Assembly: GCA_964234715.1 (NCBI GenBank)
Contig: OZ174278.1
Direction: 5' to 3' (one strand)
Length of the DNA: 64,000 nt
From: Podarcis melisellensis
Taxonomy: Eukaryota
Position numbers and translations under genes: made by a program. Under the pieces are notes generated by a model. It saw nothing but the letters and a program-made list of their open reading frames with translations. It searched no databases and was not told the DNA's origin. The first letter of the stretch is position 1. Each line of letters begins with the position of its first letter. This document shows, piece after piece, positions 23,774 through 36,580 of the stretch.

Positions 23774-26527
23774 CTAAATGGGGAGGAAAGGCATTGTACA
23801 TTGCATACTGTGTTGAAAGGAAAGAGAATACACACACCCACACCCCAATACATGACACATTATTTTAAAACTTTTACATTCGCATTAAGCAATTCCACAT
23901 TTGGACTATAAGCAATAAAAAGTAATTGTAATGGGCGGGTACATCTGCTAAGCAAAGTTTGATGTTCTGAGATCTAAGCACAGTAAACAACCACACAGTC
24001 TAGCACTGCACCATCTAAGCATCGTGGCAAAGGAGATATGAATCAGGCCTCCTTCTCAGGGTACTTGTTTATATGGATGCAGATGAGAGAAGAGGCTTCC
24101 TTACCTGTAATGACATGCTAGCAAAGTGGGAATATACTGCTCTTTCAGGTATAGAACTGCTGAAACCTTTCCACCTCAGGAAACCCATTTTTGCTTTTTG
24201 TAGAGCAGAGTGGAGTGTAAAATTCAATGGACACAGAAACGGTTTCCATAATCAGAAACGCTGGTTGAGTGCCCAATTCCCATTTCTGCCTTTGAAAAAG
24301 TCTCCCTTTGTGCACCAAAAATGAGGAAAGCATTGGGTCTGTTTCTTGCAGCATTCTGAAAAGGGATTCATGGACCCAAACAGCAATTTCTCAGTGTTAT
24401 ATGGCTCTTAACCATTAAGCAGCTGTCTCTCTTGTCTGCTGCATTGCAAGGACCTAACTTTCAAGAGTTGCCTTTTGCAAGGATGTCATGTACACAATCC
24501 AATCAGAAACAGGATATATTGACCCTAAGTGAACTTTTCAGCTTCTCTAAAATACCAACAATGCATTTCTCATAGCTTCAATGTTCATTCCACTTTTGTA
24601 ACATTCTACTGACCATGCCTGAAGAGAGAAAAGGATTCCCTAAGACATGAAGGAAATGTAAAGAAAGCAAAGAGGTTCATGATGAGTTTGTTTACATGAC
24701 AATTTTCAGGTAAGAGGAATCAGAACTAAACTTCTACAGAACCCAAAAAGGACCAACAACTGGAATGAATAAAAATGAATGACTAGCTGTGGTTTTAGAG
24801 TAAGAGCAGTATCTGAATTCACAGTGCATCAGATCAAGGTTTCTTAAATTCTGTTTCTGTAAGATCAAGCAATGTATGAATGGAATAGAAACCAAGGGCT
24901 TGACTCATGAGTCTGATCTGTCTATCTAATGAAGGATTCTCTCTCGTCTTAAAAAAACTTTTAAAAAAACATGTAAGAAAGTGGTGAATCCTCTAGCTGT
25001 TGTAGACTTAGGCCTAGTTTTCACCAGGGTGAAACTTGTGGCTGGACTTTTCAGGCAGGAAATAGGGGCTTGCACTTCAATGTTCCTCTGTTCCAAAAAT
25101 AAATAAATATCCCCATACCTGGAAAACTAGCATGTTGCAAAGAAGGCTCATTTTGCATATGATTGCTTTACGGGCGCAGGGAATCTTTTTGTATAGGAGA
25201 ACATTCAACAATTCAGATCTCTGCTCTCAATAGCAGAATGTTCTCCCATATAAAAACAAAAAACCAAAACTCTGCCTATCACGGTCTGAAATGGTAGAGG
25301 CCAAACTATGTGTTACATTAAATGCATGATTTGATTTGATATGTTTCAGGTTTTGTTTTGATTTTAACACACAGCAGCTGCAATCTGGAGCACAGCACAT
25401 GGGAAGGGCATTGACCCTTTCCCCCTGCACCACGGTCCTGATTAAAATCCCTCCCTCCTCCAGCTGCTATTTGCTCTTACAAGGAACCTGCTGTTGGTAC
25501 CTATAGCAGCTCTGAGGAGTGATATTAGTCAGAACAACAGTGCAAGGAGAAAGGGTTAAACAATAATTTAACATAACATATAATTTGACCCTCCGAAGCT
25601 CTTTCCTAAAGACCTGCTCCCAGTTGGAGATGAAATCTTATATTCCAATGTTATAGTAGGTTTCTATAGATTTTTATTGTGTATGACAGCTACATTGCTT
25701 GTCATTATATTTAAATTGTCATTTTATTTCCTGTGAACTGGTTTTCAGTACAATCTATGTGTAGAAGATGCAGTATGGACAAAACTGACGACGACTAATT
25801 AGGAAAGAGAAGAAAGAAGTGGTAAAGCAGGCTAGGTAGAAGAATTCAGCTAGTCTGCATTTAACCACAAAGTGGAAAAGATTTGGGAAAAGACACCTGT
25901 GCACCTTTCCTGGCATAAAAAGAATGGAACACAAGGAGACCACTTTCTTCCCTCCAGCTTTCCAGAGCAGGAAAAAATTAACTCAGAAGTTCAAACCTAA
26001 TGGAGCAGTGAATTCCCACAAGTGGTTAAAAGACGCAGTACTCTTCATACTGTCTTCCTTAATCTACACTCATTCATACGTGTCAAAAATTGTTATGAAA
26101 TCAAAATCATTCCTGACTGGTAAAGATGAAGGGGGGACTGTTATGAAGTCAAAAACTGTTAAGAATATCAAAAAGCAAAAATGACCAAAAAGAACCTACA
26201 GACAAAAATATTTTAGGTTTTTGGTATTCTCTCCCCCCCCACACCCCCAATTTGAAGCGGGGAGGGAATCACACGACACAGACAGCACACACATCTAGGA
26301 TGTGGCATTAAAACACAATTAGCACCACACACTACAGATTTGGCAAAACAAGCATAAGTGGTTTAATAGTGGCACTTTAAGTCCTTTATATGATCATAGT
26401 AAAATTTTATATTATATATATAATATAATATAAAACTTCTACCCAAAAAACTACCGACAGCTTCTTAGCACTGGTGGCAGCATGCGTCACTAAGTAATGC
26501 TAGATGTCCCTAGTAATCTCTGCATAC

Positions 26528-26881
26528 CTTGTTCATTGTCACTTGTTTTGAGGGACTCTTCAGACCAACTTCTATTGCTTTTGACCTCTGACCTTTTCTT
26601 GGTGTGCCTTTCTTCTGTGCAGTCTTTGACCTTTGCAGTGGCCTCTGGCTGAACAGCCTCAGCTAAATCTTTCCTGCTTTGCCGGCCCAACTTGCCGGGT
26701 GGGGATCTCTCTGGTGACACCTGCTGCTCCCACAGTTCCCTAAGATGCTGCAGGTGACGCTGCTTTTTGGGATGGAGCCCTGTTAATTCAATGCACACCT
26801 TCAGGTTGGTCACCTCATTACAATTGGGCTCTTCTAAGTGGTTAGAGGAATTGTTTGTCATTTCCCTCTCAGGCCAGTCAT
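26528..26881 (-). CDS. BCOR: BCOR exon 8 (354 nt; DWPEREMTN...[18 protein letters not shown]...SDNEQ) with internal alternative acceptor at 26779
   Basis: Acceptor tttttccattag|AT, donor CAAG|gtatgc; ORF 26490..26861. Confidence 0.96.
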
Positions 26882-27213
26882 CTAATGGAAAAATAACTAA
26901 AAATTAATCAAAAGGCCCTCAACTTGAAACAAAAGCTATAGTTCACTTGTGGGGCAGATTGTTTCAGCTTCACCACCACACTATGCATTTTTAAAAGATT
27001 AGCTCAGGAGGGGTTTGCATGCACTACAGCAATTTGCATTGGCCAAAGATTACGTTGTCCAATGACTATTCTTGTACCTTGTAGGTACCCAAACATAATT
27101 CAGGCGAGGATTTGGGATTGGCACAACACAGGTCATAAATGGACATAGGTTAATCCAAAGAGTGTTCACTTCACAAGCCATGCCTTAAAGAGTGACCAAC
27201 TTGGCCGGGTTAC

Positions 27214-27492
27214 CTTTGGAGTTCTTCCTCTTTTTTGCTTTTGATGCAAATTCATCTTCCTGTTCCTCTACAAAGTTTTCTTTAAGGCTTCCATCGTTCT
27301 GCATTTTCTCACCAGAATGTTTACGCTTCCTGTCCTGGTGGGGGCACAGGGCCTGGTTGACATCTTCTGCGGACTGGTCGCTGGCCTTTTCATATACAGT
27401 AAGTCTCTCCACACAACTGTCTGCTGGAGGAACTTTCTCCTCAGGAACTTCAAAACCGTGGTCCTGGGTGCTCTCTGTATTGTGAAAATCAC
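27214..27492 (-). CDS. BCOR: BCOR exon 7 (279 nt; diverged, retains basic NLS-like DRKRK and KAKKRK clusters)
   Basis: Acceptor ttaaatgaag|GT, donor AAAG|gtaacc; phase 1-1; ORF 27185..27532. Confidence 0.9.
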
Positions 27493-29549
27493 CTTCATTT
27501 AAAACAAAACAAAAAACAAAAAGGGTTACCACATCACTAACTCAACGAGCATCTCGCGCAATTGCTTCCATCTCTTCAGAGCAATTGTAGCACCAAGTGC
27601 GTGCTTGTAAAGAGAATTTACAAAGTAGATGAAAAAGTTTAGACACAACTATGGATTTTGGTAAAAATGAATATTATTACATCAAGGACCAATAGGAAAA
27701 CTAGACATACAGTACACTAATATTGCTGGTATTTCACTAGGAAAAGAAGGTATGGTGCAAAATATTGATTTTTCTCATGATGCAAAATAACCAGTTGTCA
27801 TGAATTAATTCTAGCGGCTCCAAGTCAAATTTGCAAACCCAGGGAATGAAAGACTACAGAGTGTGACGATACACCATAACCTGAACTGCTGGAAACACTT
27901 ATTGCAGGGATGGGAAACCCTTTTCTGTTGAGAGTCACGTTCCCTAGAGAGTAATTAATCAGGGGCAACATACTGAGGGCCAGAGTGAAAAGTGAGAAGG
28001 GCCAATCCGATTTGCTCACTCTCTCTGCTTCCCGCCCCTGCAACCTGCATGAAATTAGACTGACGCTGAAGGTGGCCCTCTCTGACCTATGACACCACCA
28101 GTATCCACGTATTCGGGGATTTAGTAGTGCAGTTAACATATTGCAATGCCACTCGTCTTCAAAAAATCTACAACTTTCTTCCTTTTTTGCAGCAGGCCTT
28201 GAAAACCTGGCTGACATTTTGTATCCTCAAGGTTATGCTTAACCTTAGTCAAGGATATATACAATATAACAAAAACCACAGTCTTCAACCAACAGACAAA
28301 CATTTCTGAACTAGACCTAAATAAATCAAAGTTGTATATCAGCAATGCATAAGAAGGATCCCACGCCTTGAACCTGAAATTTTTAAAATTTAAAAACTTT
28401 TTCCCCCCTGTGCAATCCTGTTAAAGCTTCTTTGCCCTTCCCACATTATCTTTCTCTGTAGATAAGGGCTTTTTTAAAGGATGCAGCCGGAGCCCTCTTC
28501 CATGTATCTGCCTCTGGTCTCCTTTGTTCCCACCCTCCCGCACATTCCTCCTCTAATTTATCCCATCAATCTTATCACCCGCTTAACTTCCTCCTCTTCC
28601 ATTTTGCTGCCTGCCTTATCTTCTCCTTCCATCAGCCCCATCTTAAAAGTTTGCCTGACACCTGCTACTTCAAAAAGCAGACTGAAATGAGTTTTGAAAC
28701 CCAGCAAAGGAAGATTATAAAACAGTGAGGGTTAAACTGAGCCAATTTGCAGGAGCAGCTCGTTTACATTGAAACTTGATGATGTCAAAGCACAAGAATC
28801 TACACAATATTTAGTGTTGTTGCTATTATTATGAGTTAGATTTACATGCAGATAAAACTGACAGCAGATTAATAGGACTAGGTTACCCTCCTATCATAAT
28901 ATTTTTAGTTACATTGAAACAAGTTTTGCCTGGGACTGGTTTATAGGAAAGGTTCAACATGTATTGAGATTATAGGGTGAAGAGAACAACATCATGCTCC
29001 AAACATTAGCTTTGATGAACTCATGATGACCAGCAATCTAAACAGGTGTTTCCCTTAACACAGTTCTAGGCGGTTCTTAGTGTGAGATCTTTTTTTTTTT
29101 AAGGGGGTGTATATCTCAAGAAGACACACAAAATGAAACTTCTTTTTTTTTAGCATGTGTGATTTTGCTGAAATATATGATCTCTTACAGATAATGAAGA
29201 AAATGAGGTATAAAAATTTGTTTGCATTAAAAAATGATGAGCAGGGCACAGCACACAACACTGGATCAAATCTACAAAACGTTTGGATTTGCAAACTTGG
29301 AAAGAAGGAAAATACTACAACTTATTTTTCCTCTGGTATAAAGACTTGACTGGTGGCATTTCATAGTCTTTATTATTCGATGTTCTATTGACTGGATGCT
29401 GGAAGAAAGCATTTGCTCTAATTTTGTACAAAGCTTCATTAGTGAATACTAGCAAGCTTCTTGCAAATATTTAGAGGATTGGGATGTTGCTAGCCCAGAG
29501 AAAAGTCCATGTTTTGAAGATTATAAGTAAACCTGGAATATGACTAGAG

Positions 29550-29798
29550 CAGGGGTCAGCAAACTTTTTCAGCAGGAAGCAGGGTCCACTGTCCCTCAGA
29601 CCTTGTGGGAGGGTGGGCTATATTTGGGGGCAGGATGAACGAATTCCTATACCCCACAAATAACCCAGAGATGCATTTTAAATAAAAGGACACATTCTAC
29701 TCAGGTAAAAACACACTGATTCCTGGACTGTCCGTGGGCTGGATTTAGAAGGCGATTGGGCCGGATCCGGCCCCCGGGCCTTAGTTTACCTGCCCATG
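29550..29798. mobile_element. Non-autonomous hAT (Charlie-like) element
   Basis: Ends caggggtcagcaaact / agtttacctgcccatg; degenerate 8-bp TSD gactagag/ctctggag. Confidence 0.7.
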
Positions 29799-30931
29799 CT
29801 CTGGAGTATTAATTCATAGTTACATAAGAATTTTGCAAACCGGGCTTAAACCAATGCACCAACCATTTAAACAAAGCATTTAAACGAAACACAAAGGCAT
29901 ACAACCATCAAGCACAGCTCCCATATAACCATCATTAGTTCCAATGGGCCTTGAATAACAAGAGCTCCAGTGGACCTCAGATGGATTCCACTCCAGGCTG
30001 TTAACCTGTTTTTGACCTGAACCGTAACAAAAATCTGCTGAATAGGTTCTCTACCATAACATGCAACCACCTTCTCATTTAGGCTGATTCACATCTCTAA
30101 CCCAAATCCTAAGTCCAGTTTCTAAAACAAGTCCAGGTGTTTGGACCAACCCCTAACCCTCATTCTATCAACAGTGGATTTTTTAAAAACACATTATGCC
30201 CACATGTGTGCTACACTTGCAGTTCAGAATCAGCAGTAACAGAAGGGCCCAGAGGGAGGGGGGAGGGATACACACAGGGATTTGGTCAACAAACCAATCT
30301 CTATATGAAATTGAAACAGGGCTAAAAACAAAACAAAACCCAACTGACTGATAAGTCCAACAGCTAAGAAGCCAAATATAGGGGGGAAGTTTCTGTTCTA
30401 CCACAAGAGCCTGATAGAAGATGACTTCACTAAACTTTTTTATTAGCATTCCGTACCAGTTTGCTACCTACTGAGAATCTGTTTGGGGAGGGAGGGAGCT
30501 TTAAATCAAAAACAGTTCTTCTTACAGATAAGAAAGCACACAGGAATATCAGCATAAAACAAGGTCATTTCCCTCCTTTAACAATCTGGGAATTCCCTAC
30601 ATCTAAAAATCAGGCAAAAAGGAGACCCTGAATTTACAGAGATGGTGAAGTCAAGTAACCATCTGCTGCATGTGTGTGTTTTATGTAACTTTCCTTACAA
30701 CTCCTCAGGATAAGGCCATTTCAGGTCTTTCTTGCATTCCAAATCTACCACCACAAATTGCATGCATTTTCCAGCTTCAGTCCAACCATGATAACACAGA
30801 AACTAAAATACGACCTTGCATTCCACAGCAAGAATGAAAATAGTCTACTTCAAGGACTGTTTGTTGCCCAGAGTACACTTATCATACTTGGAGCAGCAAA
30901 TAATTTTTAACTTTGCCTAAGTATACGTGAA

Positions 30932-31300
30932 GGGGACGCGGGTGGCGCTGTGGTCTAAACCACAGAGCCTAGAGCTAGCCAATCAGAAGGTCAGTGGTTT
31001 GAATCCCCACGACAGGGTGAGCTCCCGTTGTTCACTCCCTGCTCCTGCCAACCTAGCACGTCAAAAGCACGTCAAAGTGCAAGTAGATAAATAGGTACCA
31101 CTCCGGCAGGAAGATAAACAGTGTTTCCATGTGCTGCTCTAGTTTCGCCAGAAGCAGCTTAGTCATGCTGGCCACATGACCCGGAAGCTGTCTGCGGACA
31201 AACACCAGTTCCCTTGGCTTATAGAGCGAGATAAGCGCCGCAACCCCAGAGTCGTTCACGACTGGACCTAATGGCCATGGGTACCTTTACCTTTACCTTT
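30932..31300 (+). mobile_element. Full-length Sauria SINE
   Basis: GGGGACGCGGGTGGCGCTGTGGTCTAAACC head, (ACCTTT)n tail, 13-bp TSD aagtata(c/t)gtgaa at 30919-30931 and 31302-31314. Confidence 0.93.
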
Positions 31301-31797
31301 AAAGTATATGTGAACAGGAAACAAGCAAGTTCACTTCATTATAAAAATGAAGTCGTTTATCTTCTTCAAACATGGTAGCAGACACGTTTCCTTTCTTCAG
31401 TTTAGTTCTGATCCAGGGAACTTCTTTAGTTCTTCTAATGTTATTAGACCACCCAGACTCTAAAATTATCCAGTGTCCTCATCCAAAAGTATATCACAAT
31501 TGGCAAAAGCCAGCCTATGTTAGTCACAGCTAAGCCCAACTTAGACTACATTCCTATGGGTCTGAATTTAATGGAAGTTACTTCTCAGGGAAACTTACAC
31601 CAGAGTAAATACCCTAGGACTATACACCATTCACATGCACTCTTGCCTACACTGGAAAGAAACAGGACCCCAACTGCAATCCTATGACACTTACCTAGAA
31701 GTAAGCCCCATTGAACTCAATTGGGTTTACTTCAGAGTATGCACTGAAACTCACGTCTTATCTATCAAATGGGTATAATAAATATATTACCCAGGTC

Positions 31798-32161
31798 TAG
31801 GGATAGGGGAGAAATTTGTTTGGTTTGAAACTAATTTTCACTTCCTGAATCCATATGAAAACCAAAGCACAACTACTCATCAAATTTCATGCTTTTCTGA
31901 ATTTTACAGTGCAGCTCTCCAACCAAAATATGCATACAAAAATGTGTATTGAGAAAGCACAAACAAAAATGCTTACGTTAGTGAAGATAACATTAAAAAT
32001 GTATTACCTATGGGGAAAGTGCTTGCAAAAAATATGTATACTAAGATAACTTATTTCTTGCAAATTAAAAAAACCACACATGAATGACAACAGAAATTGG
32101 CCAAACAGAATTTAAGATTGGAAAAACAAGAAGTCGAAATTGACAGAGTAATACATCCCTA
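31798..32161. mobile_element. Old AT-rich non-autonomous DNA transposon
   Basis: Termini tagggat...atcccta; no recognisable TSD. Confidence 0.45.
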
Positions 32162-32479
32162 TTCCGAGCCCTACATGAAAGAATACAAACTATCAGCTAT
32201 CCTATACTTCTGCCACATGCATGATGTTTCCACCTTTGTTTATTTCTCCCTCCACAACAAATCATGGATTTGGCTTTTTTATCACTGGCAAACATGCAAG
32301 ACAAATAAATGTTTGTCACTTTGCATTTTCATTGTGCTTAACAGTCTTGTTCATTCTGAGCAATCTCCCCAAAATGGCCTTGATCTTCCCAAAATGAGAC
32401 AAATGAAAAGTATCTGTCAGAGCAATGGAGAAGCACTGAATTAGTCTGTTCCTCCCAAAAGAATGAACAACTTCTGTTG

Positions 32480-32525
32480 TGAACCTTATAAAGCAGCAGA
32501 AATGAACCTTATAAAGCAGCAGAAA
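32480..32525. repeat. 23-bp perfect tandem duplication
   Basis: tgaaccttataaagcagcagaaa x2. Confidence 0.9.
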
Positions 32526-35500
32526 GAGAAGGACAGCCCTGGAAAAATATTCCTAGACAGGTTGAACTTATTGTAGAATAAATGGAAAATATCAGAAGCA
32601 CAATGTCAAATGTAGAGATCATAATTTAGTCCCCACCCACTTACCCAAATCTCCTAAATTCTTGGCTTAAAAATAAAGAAGTTTGGTTTGAGGAACCCAG
32701 ATATCTCCAACATGCTACGGATTCATTCTCAATATAATTCCTAACAGCCTGACAGATATAAGCATTTCTCTTCTGCTTGTCGTACATTATACCCACTGTT
32801 CATAAATTCATTTTAAACAACAAGTGCATTTTAAAATCATCTACTCCAATGTTTTCTTACATTCTGGTAGTTAAACGACACTTATCTCCTGAATTAAGGT
32901 TGATATACATCACCCTTACACCTGAAAAATGTTTACTTCTTTAGAGGTTGAAGGCAGGAGTAACAATTATCCCCCTCACTGGAAACTATGCCTTTGTCTC
33001 AACAGGGTCATGAATCCAGGGGTGCTTCTTGACCAGAAGGGCCAGCTTAGAGCAGCAACTCTTGCAAAGATGCAGTTGGTAGCCTCCTCTTGAGCTTGAG
33101 TAATGCTGCTGAATTTCTGCATGAGGAATGATTGAAAGATCCAATGACATCTGAAGCAGAGATGCAAGAGGATCACTTGCCAATCAGCAGAGGCTGATTG
33201 GAAGGAGGCAAGTCCACAGCAGTGAATCATGCAGAGACCCAGCCAGAGCTTCCTCTGCAAATGAGTACTTGGTGCTTGCAAGAGCTTTTTAATTGGTTAA
33301 TTTATTTCTTGCAGCAGACAGGTAGTTTAGGAATCATCCTAAACTTCAGCCCTCTACTTTCTAAAACAAATAGGAAAAGGGTTATGGATCTCACTGCTTT
33401 TGCTACATGGCCTGCGGGGAAGATTCATTGTTCCACTAGTTGTCCCACTTTAGGTTTCTTTGGTGCAGAACAGTGGTCATGCTGCAGCAGCTAAAGCCTT
33501 AAAAAGGGTCAGAATGCCTAAAAATTATAGTATTTCACAAAGAACGAATGACACTTCCTTTTAGCACTATTAAGCCACCATGCCCATTTCAAATGGATCC
33601 ATATACCAGGCTGCTTAAATCATTCCTCTGCTGAACACATCCCATAATTTATCACATTTGTGGCAAAGAAGCTCTCCATAGCAACGTTTATAAGTCTCCT
33701 TGGCAACAAAGCAGTTTTTGCTATGGCTCTTCCCGTTCCTCCTGATTTTTAAACTCCCTGGAAAAAAGAATACCTCTCATTTCGGTTTTCGCTTGCCTCT
33801 CATTTCGGTTTTCGCATTTTCAGGTTGCATGTACCTGGCACCGTTTGGCCCTCTACCACCGCCCCCCAAAAAATTATGCAATTCACTGATAGAGAATTGC
33901 GACGCATTTTCAAATGCAGTGGAAATAGCCTGGAGGTCAGATGAATCATTGGTTTTAGGGAACTTTCTCTCTGTGCCTCAGTTCTAAGTCTGCTTCAGTA
34001 CATGTGGATGCATGGATAAAAATTATTTAAAATGAAATAAATTTGCACCAATCTGTCTGCAGGCAGCACAATGTAATTTGTTTTGCACCACTGCACCAGA
34101 AAAAAACATTCAGAGCGCACTTATGAGAATGAAAATAATTAGCTGATTATTAAGGATGAATCTAGAAAACAGAAATTAATACTTTGACCAATCCTATGAG
34201 AGCCACTGCTTTTATTCAGACCATTTAAATTTAGCAACCAGACCTAGGAGTTGGGCATTGCAGAAACTTGACTCAGACTGCCGGCAGGTGTTACAGCCTT
34301 TCTTCCTCTATATTAGGAATGTTCTAGGCTGCACTTGAGCAGGCAGATGCTTCGACCTCCCCAGCATTTTGCTTGCTTGAATGAGACTCTGCCTGAGTGT
34401 GGCAGTTCCATATGCACACCACAAAAGACTCCACTCATATAAATTCACAGTAGCCCAACTACTCTTGCTGTAAGGAAGGGAAGTATAGACAGTTACCTGC
34501 AAACATGCAATCTCTTCCTAGCCTAGACTTTCCCTCTCACCATTTCAGGTCCGCTGCAGTGAGCCAAGTGGCCGGCCTCTAGCATCACCTAATCCTAGTT
34601 GGAAGATGCTGGAGCAAGTGGCTCCCCAAAGGGTTTACTCGGCCAGCACAACTCTGCACTGAAAAAGGGTTCCTATGGAGTTTTTAAAAAACCACCTGGA
34701 CCTTATAGGTTCCCCGCCCCGCTCACTAATCACTCATGTGGCTGCATGTATGGAGTGGGCCCACAAATGGGGGGGGAGGACCACCTGTGTTCAGGTAATT
34801 AGCAGCACTGAGAACCAATGGGGCATCTTACTTCTCCACAGACTTCCTGCTTTGGCAAGAACCTTCCCTTGGAGAACTTAAGACAAGCCAAAGCCTTTCA
34901 TGGCTTCAGCTAATTCCACTTCGGTCAGAGATAAGGAAAATCTCCAGTACTCAGTCTTTTACTATCACATCTAACTTTGTTTTGCTGGTATTTGGGGGGG
35001 AAAGGTGGAGAAAAGGATGCTTTTTACCAGGATTTTTTATTTTTAACTTGTTTTTTTTTTAAATAATAATAAAAGTTTGCCATAGGTATGTAAGAGTCCC
35101 AAAGGAGGCAGCTAACAGTTCCCATAAGGGCCTGAGAACGTTCTGTCCAATCTCAGATCTATAAACGAAAAAAGCAAAGCAAAGAAATCTACCAGTCCAG
35201 AAGGTAACAGGCAGCAGAATTAAGTGGTAAAGTGGACTATAATATAGCACTTCAGATGGCAAGTGAGGTTACCATTTGTAAATGCCCGCACCTCACAGGG
35301 GGAAAAACCCTAACTTAGTAGAGAGAAAGGATCTCACTGGCCTCTATAGTTTTCCAATTGTAGACCATTGTATTTGAGGGTCTTTTTACACATAGAAAAA
35401 CCTTCAAAAAGGAAACCTCACCTCACTATAGTCTGTGTACAATCCATTCTGTTGAATGTGTAAACCCCTTTTCCAAGTCACATTGTACATAAGAAAAGTG

Positions 35501-36335
35501 AACTCTCAGGACCCATCTTTATGTAGCCAAAAGAACCACCATCCACACACAAGAGGGAGGTATCAAAAGGATTGTGGAAGCCCCAAGGTGTGTGGACATA
35601 CAACAAAAATGCTTAGGGGGCAGGGGAGGAAGGGAATGAAAAACCACCCAAAACAGCCCAACAAGGACAGAGCTTGCTCAATGGCCACAAAACAATGAAA
35701 GTCTGGCGAGGGGCAGAAAATTGGGGAACAGGCAGAATGGAGACCTTTGGGAGAGACATGGCTGGCTGGAATCCTGAATAGGAATACTTCACACTGCAGT
35801 GTTTTGTTAAGCTCCCAGCTATGCTACTAAAGATCAAAATGTTATCCAGATTTAAGGCTCTCAAGTCTGACTATAAACGTGGTAACATTAGATGTAAGAC
35901 ACTGATCAACTGAATAACAGCAACTCTCCATGGGAAAAGCTGAACCTGAAAACTTTCTGACCACATCAGGTACTTATGCCAATTGGCATGATGAATGTCA
36001 GGTGCTTAGGTTCAAAATGCCCTGAAGTACCAAAAACCTAGCGCTAAAGGCTTTCTGTTTAGCTGTCTTTACTAGCTGCTGTTGCAAGGAGCAAAAAGTG
36101 AATAGACGTGGCAAACTTTTGTAGTAATGCTGTGAAAACTTTCCGTGCTTTGCAGGCATAGTAACCATAGACATCACCACATCAAAGAAAAATGCACTTT
36201 TAAACATCTCGTCTACCACATTGGTTTTAATATGTTTATTAATTTTTAAATACTTTATGCAATCAGCCTTCCTTTACCACCTTCAGACAGCTTAGTCTAC
36301 AGTAGTCTCATTTTTTCATTTTGCTGAAATCAATA

Positions 36336-36580
36336 CAGCCGTACCTTGGTTCGCGAACGCCTTGCGAGTCAAACGTTTTGGCTCCCGAACGCCACAAACC
36401 CAGAAGTAAGTGTTCTGGTTTGCAAATGTTCTTTGGAACCCGAATGTCCAATGTGGCTTCTGCGGCTTCCGGTTGGCTGCAGGAGCTTCCTGCAGCCAAT
36501 CGGAAGCCGTGCTTTTTGAACGTATTGGAAGTCGAACGGACTTCCGGAACAGATTCTGTTCAACTTCTGAGGTACCACCG
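36336..36580. mobile_element. Tc1/mariner (Tigger-like) MITE
   Basis: TA|cagccgtaccttgg ... tgaggtaccaccg|TA; internal palindrome ttccggttggctgcaggagcttcctgcagccaatcggaa. Confidence 0.8.
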
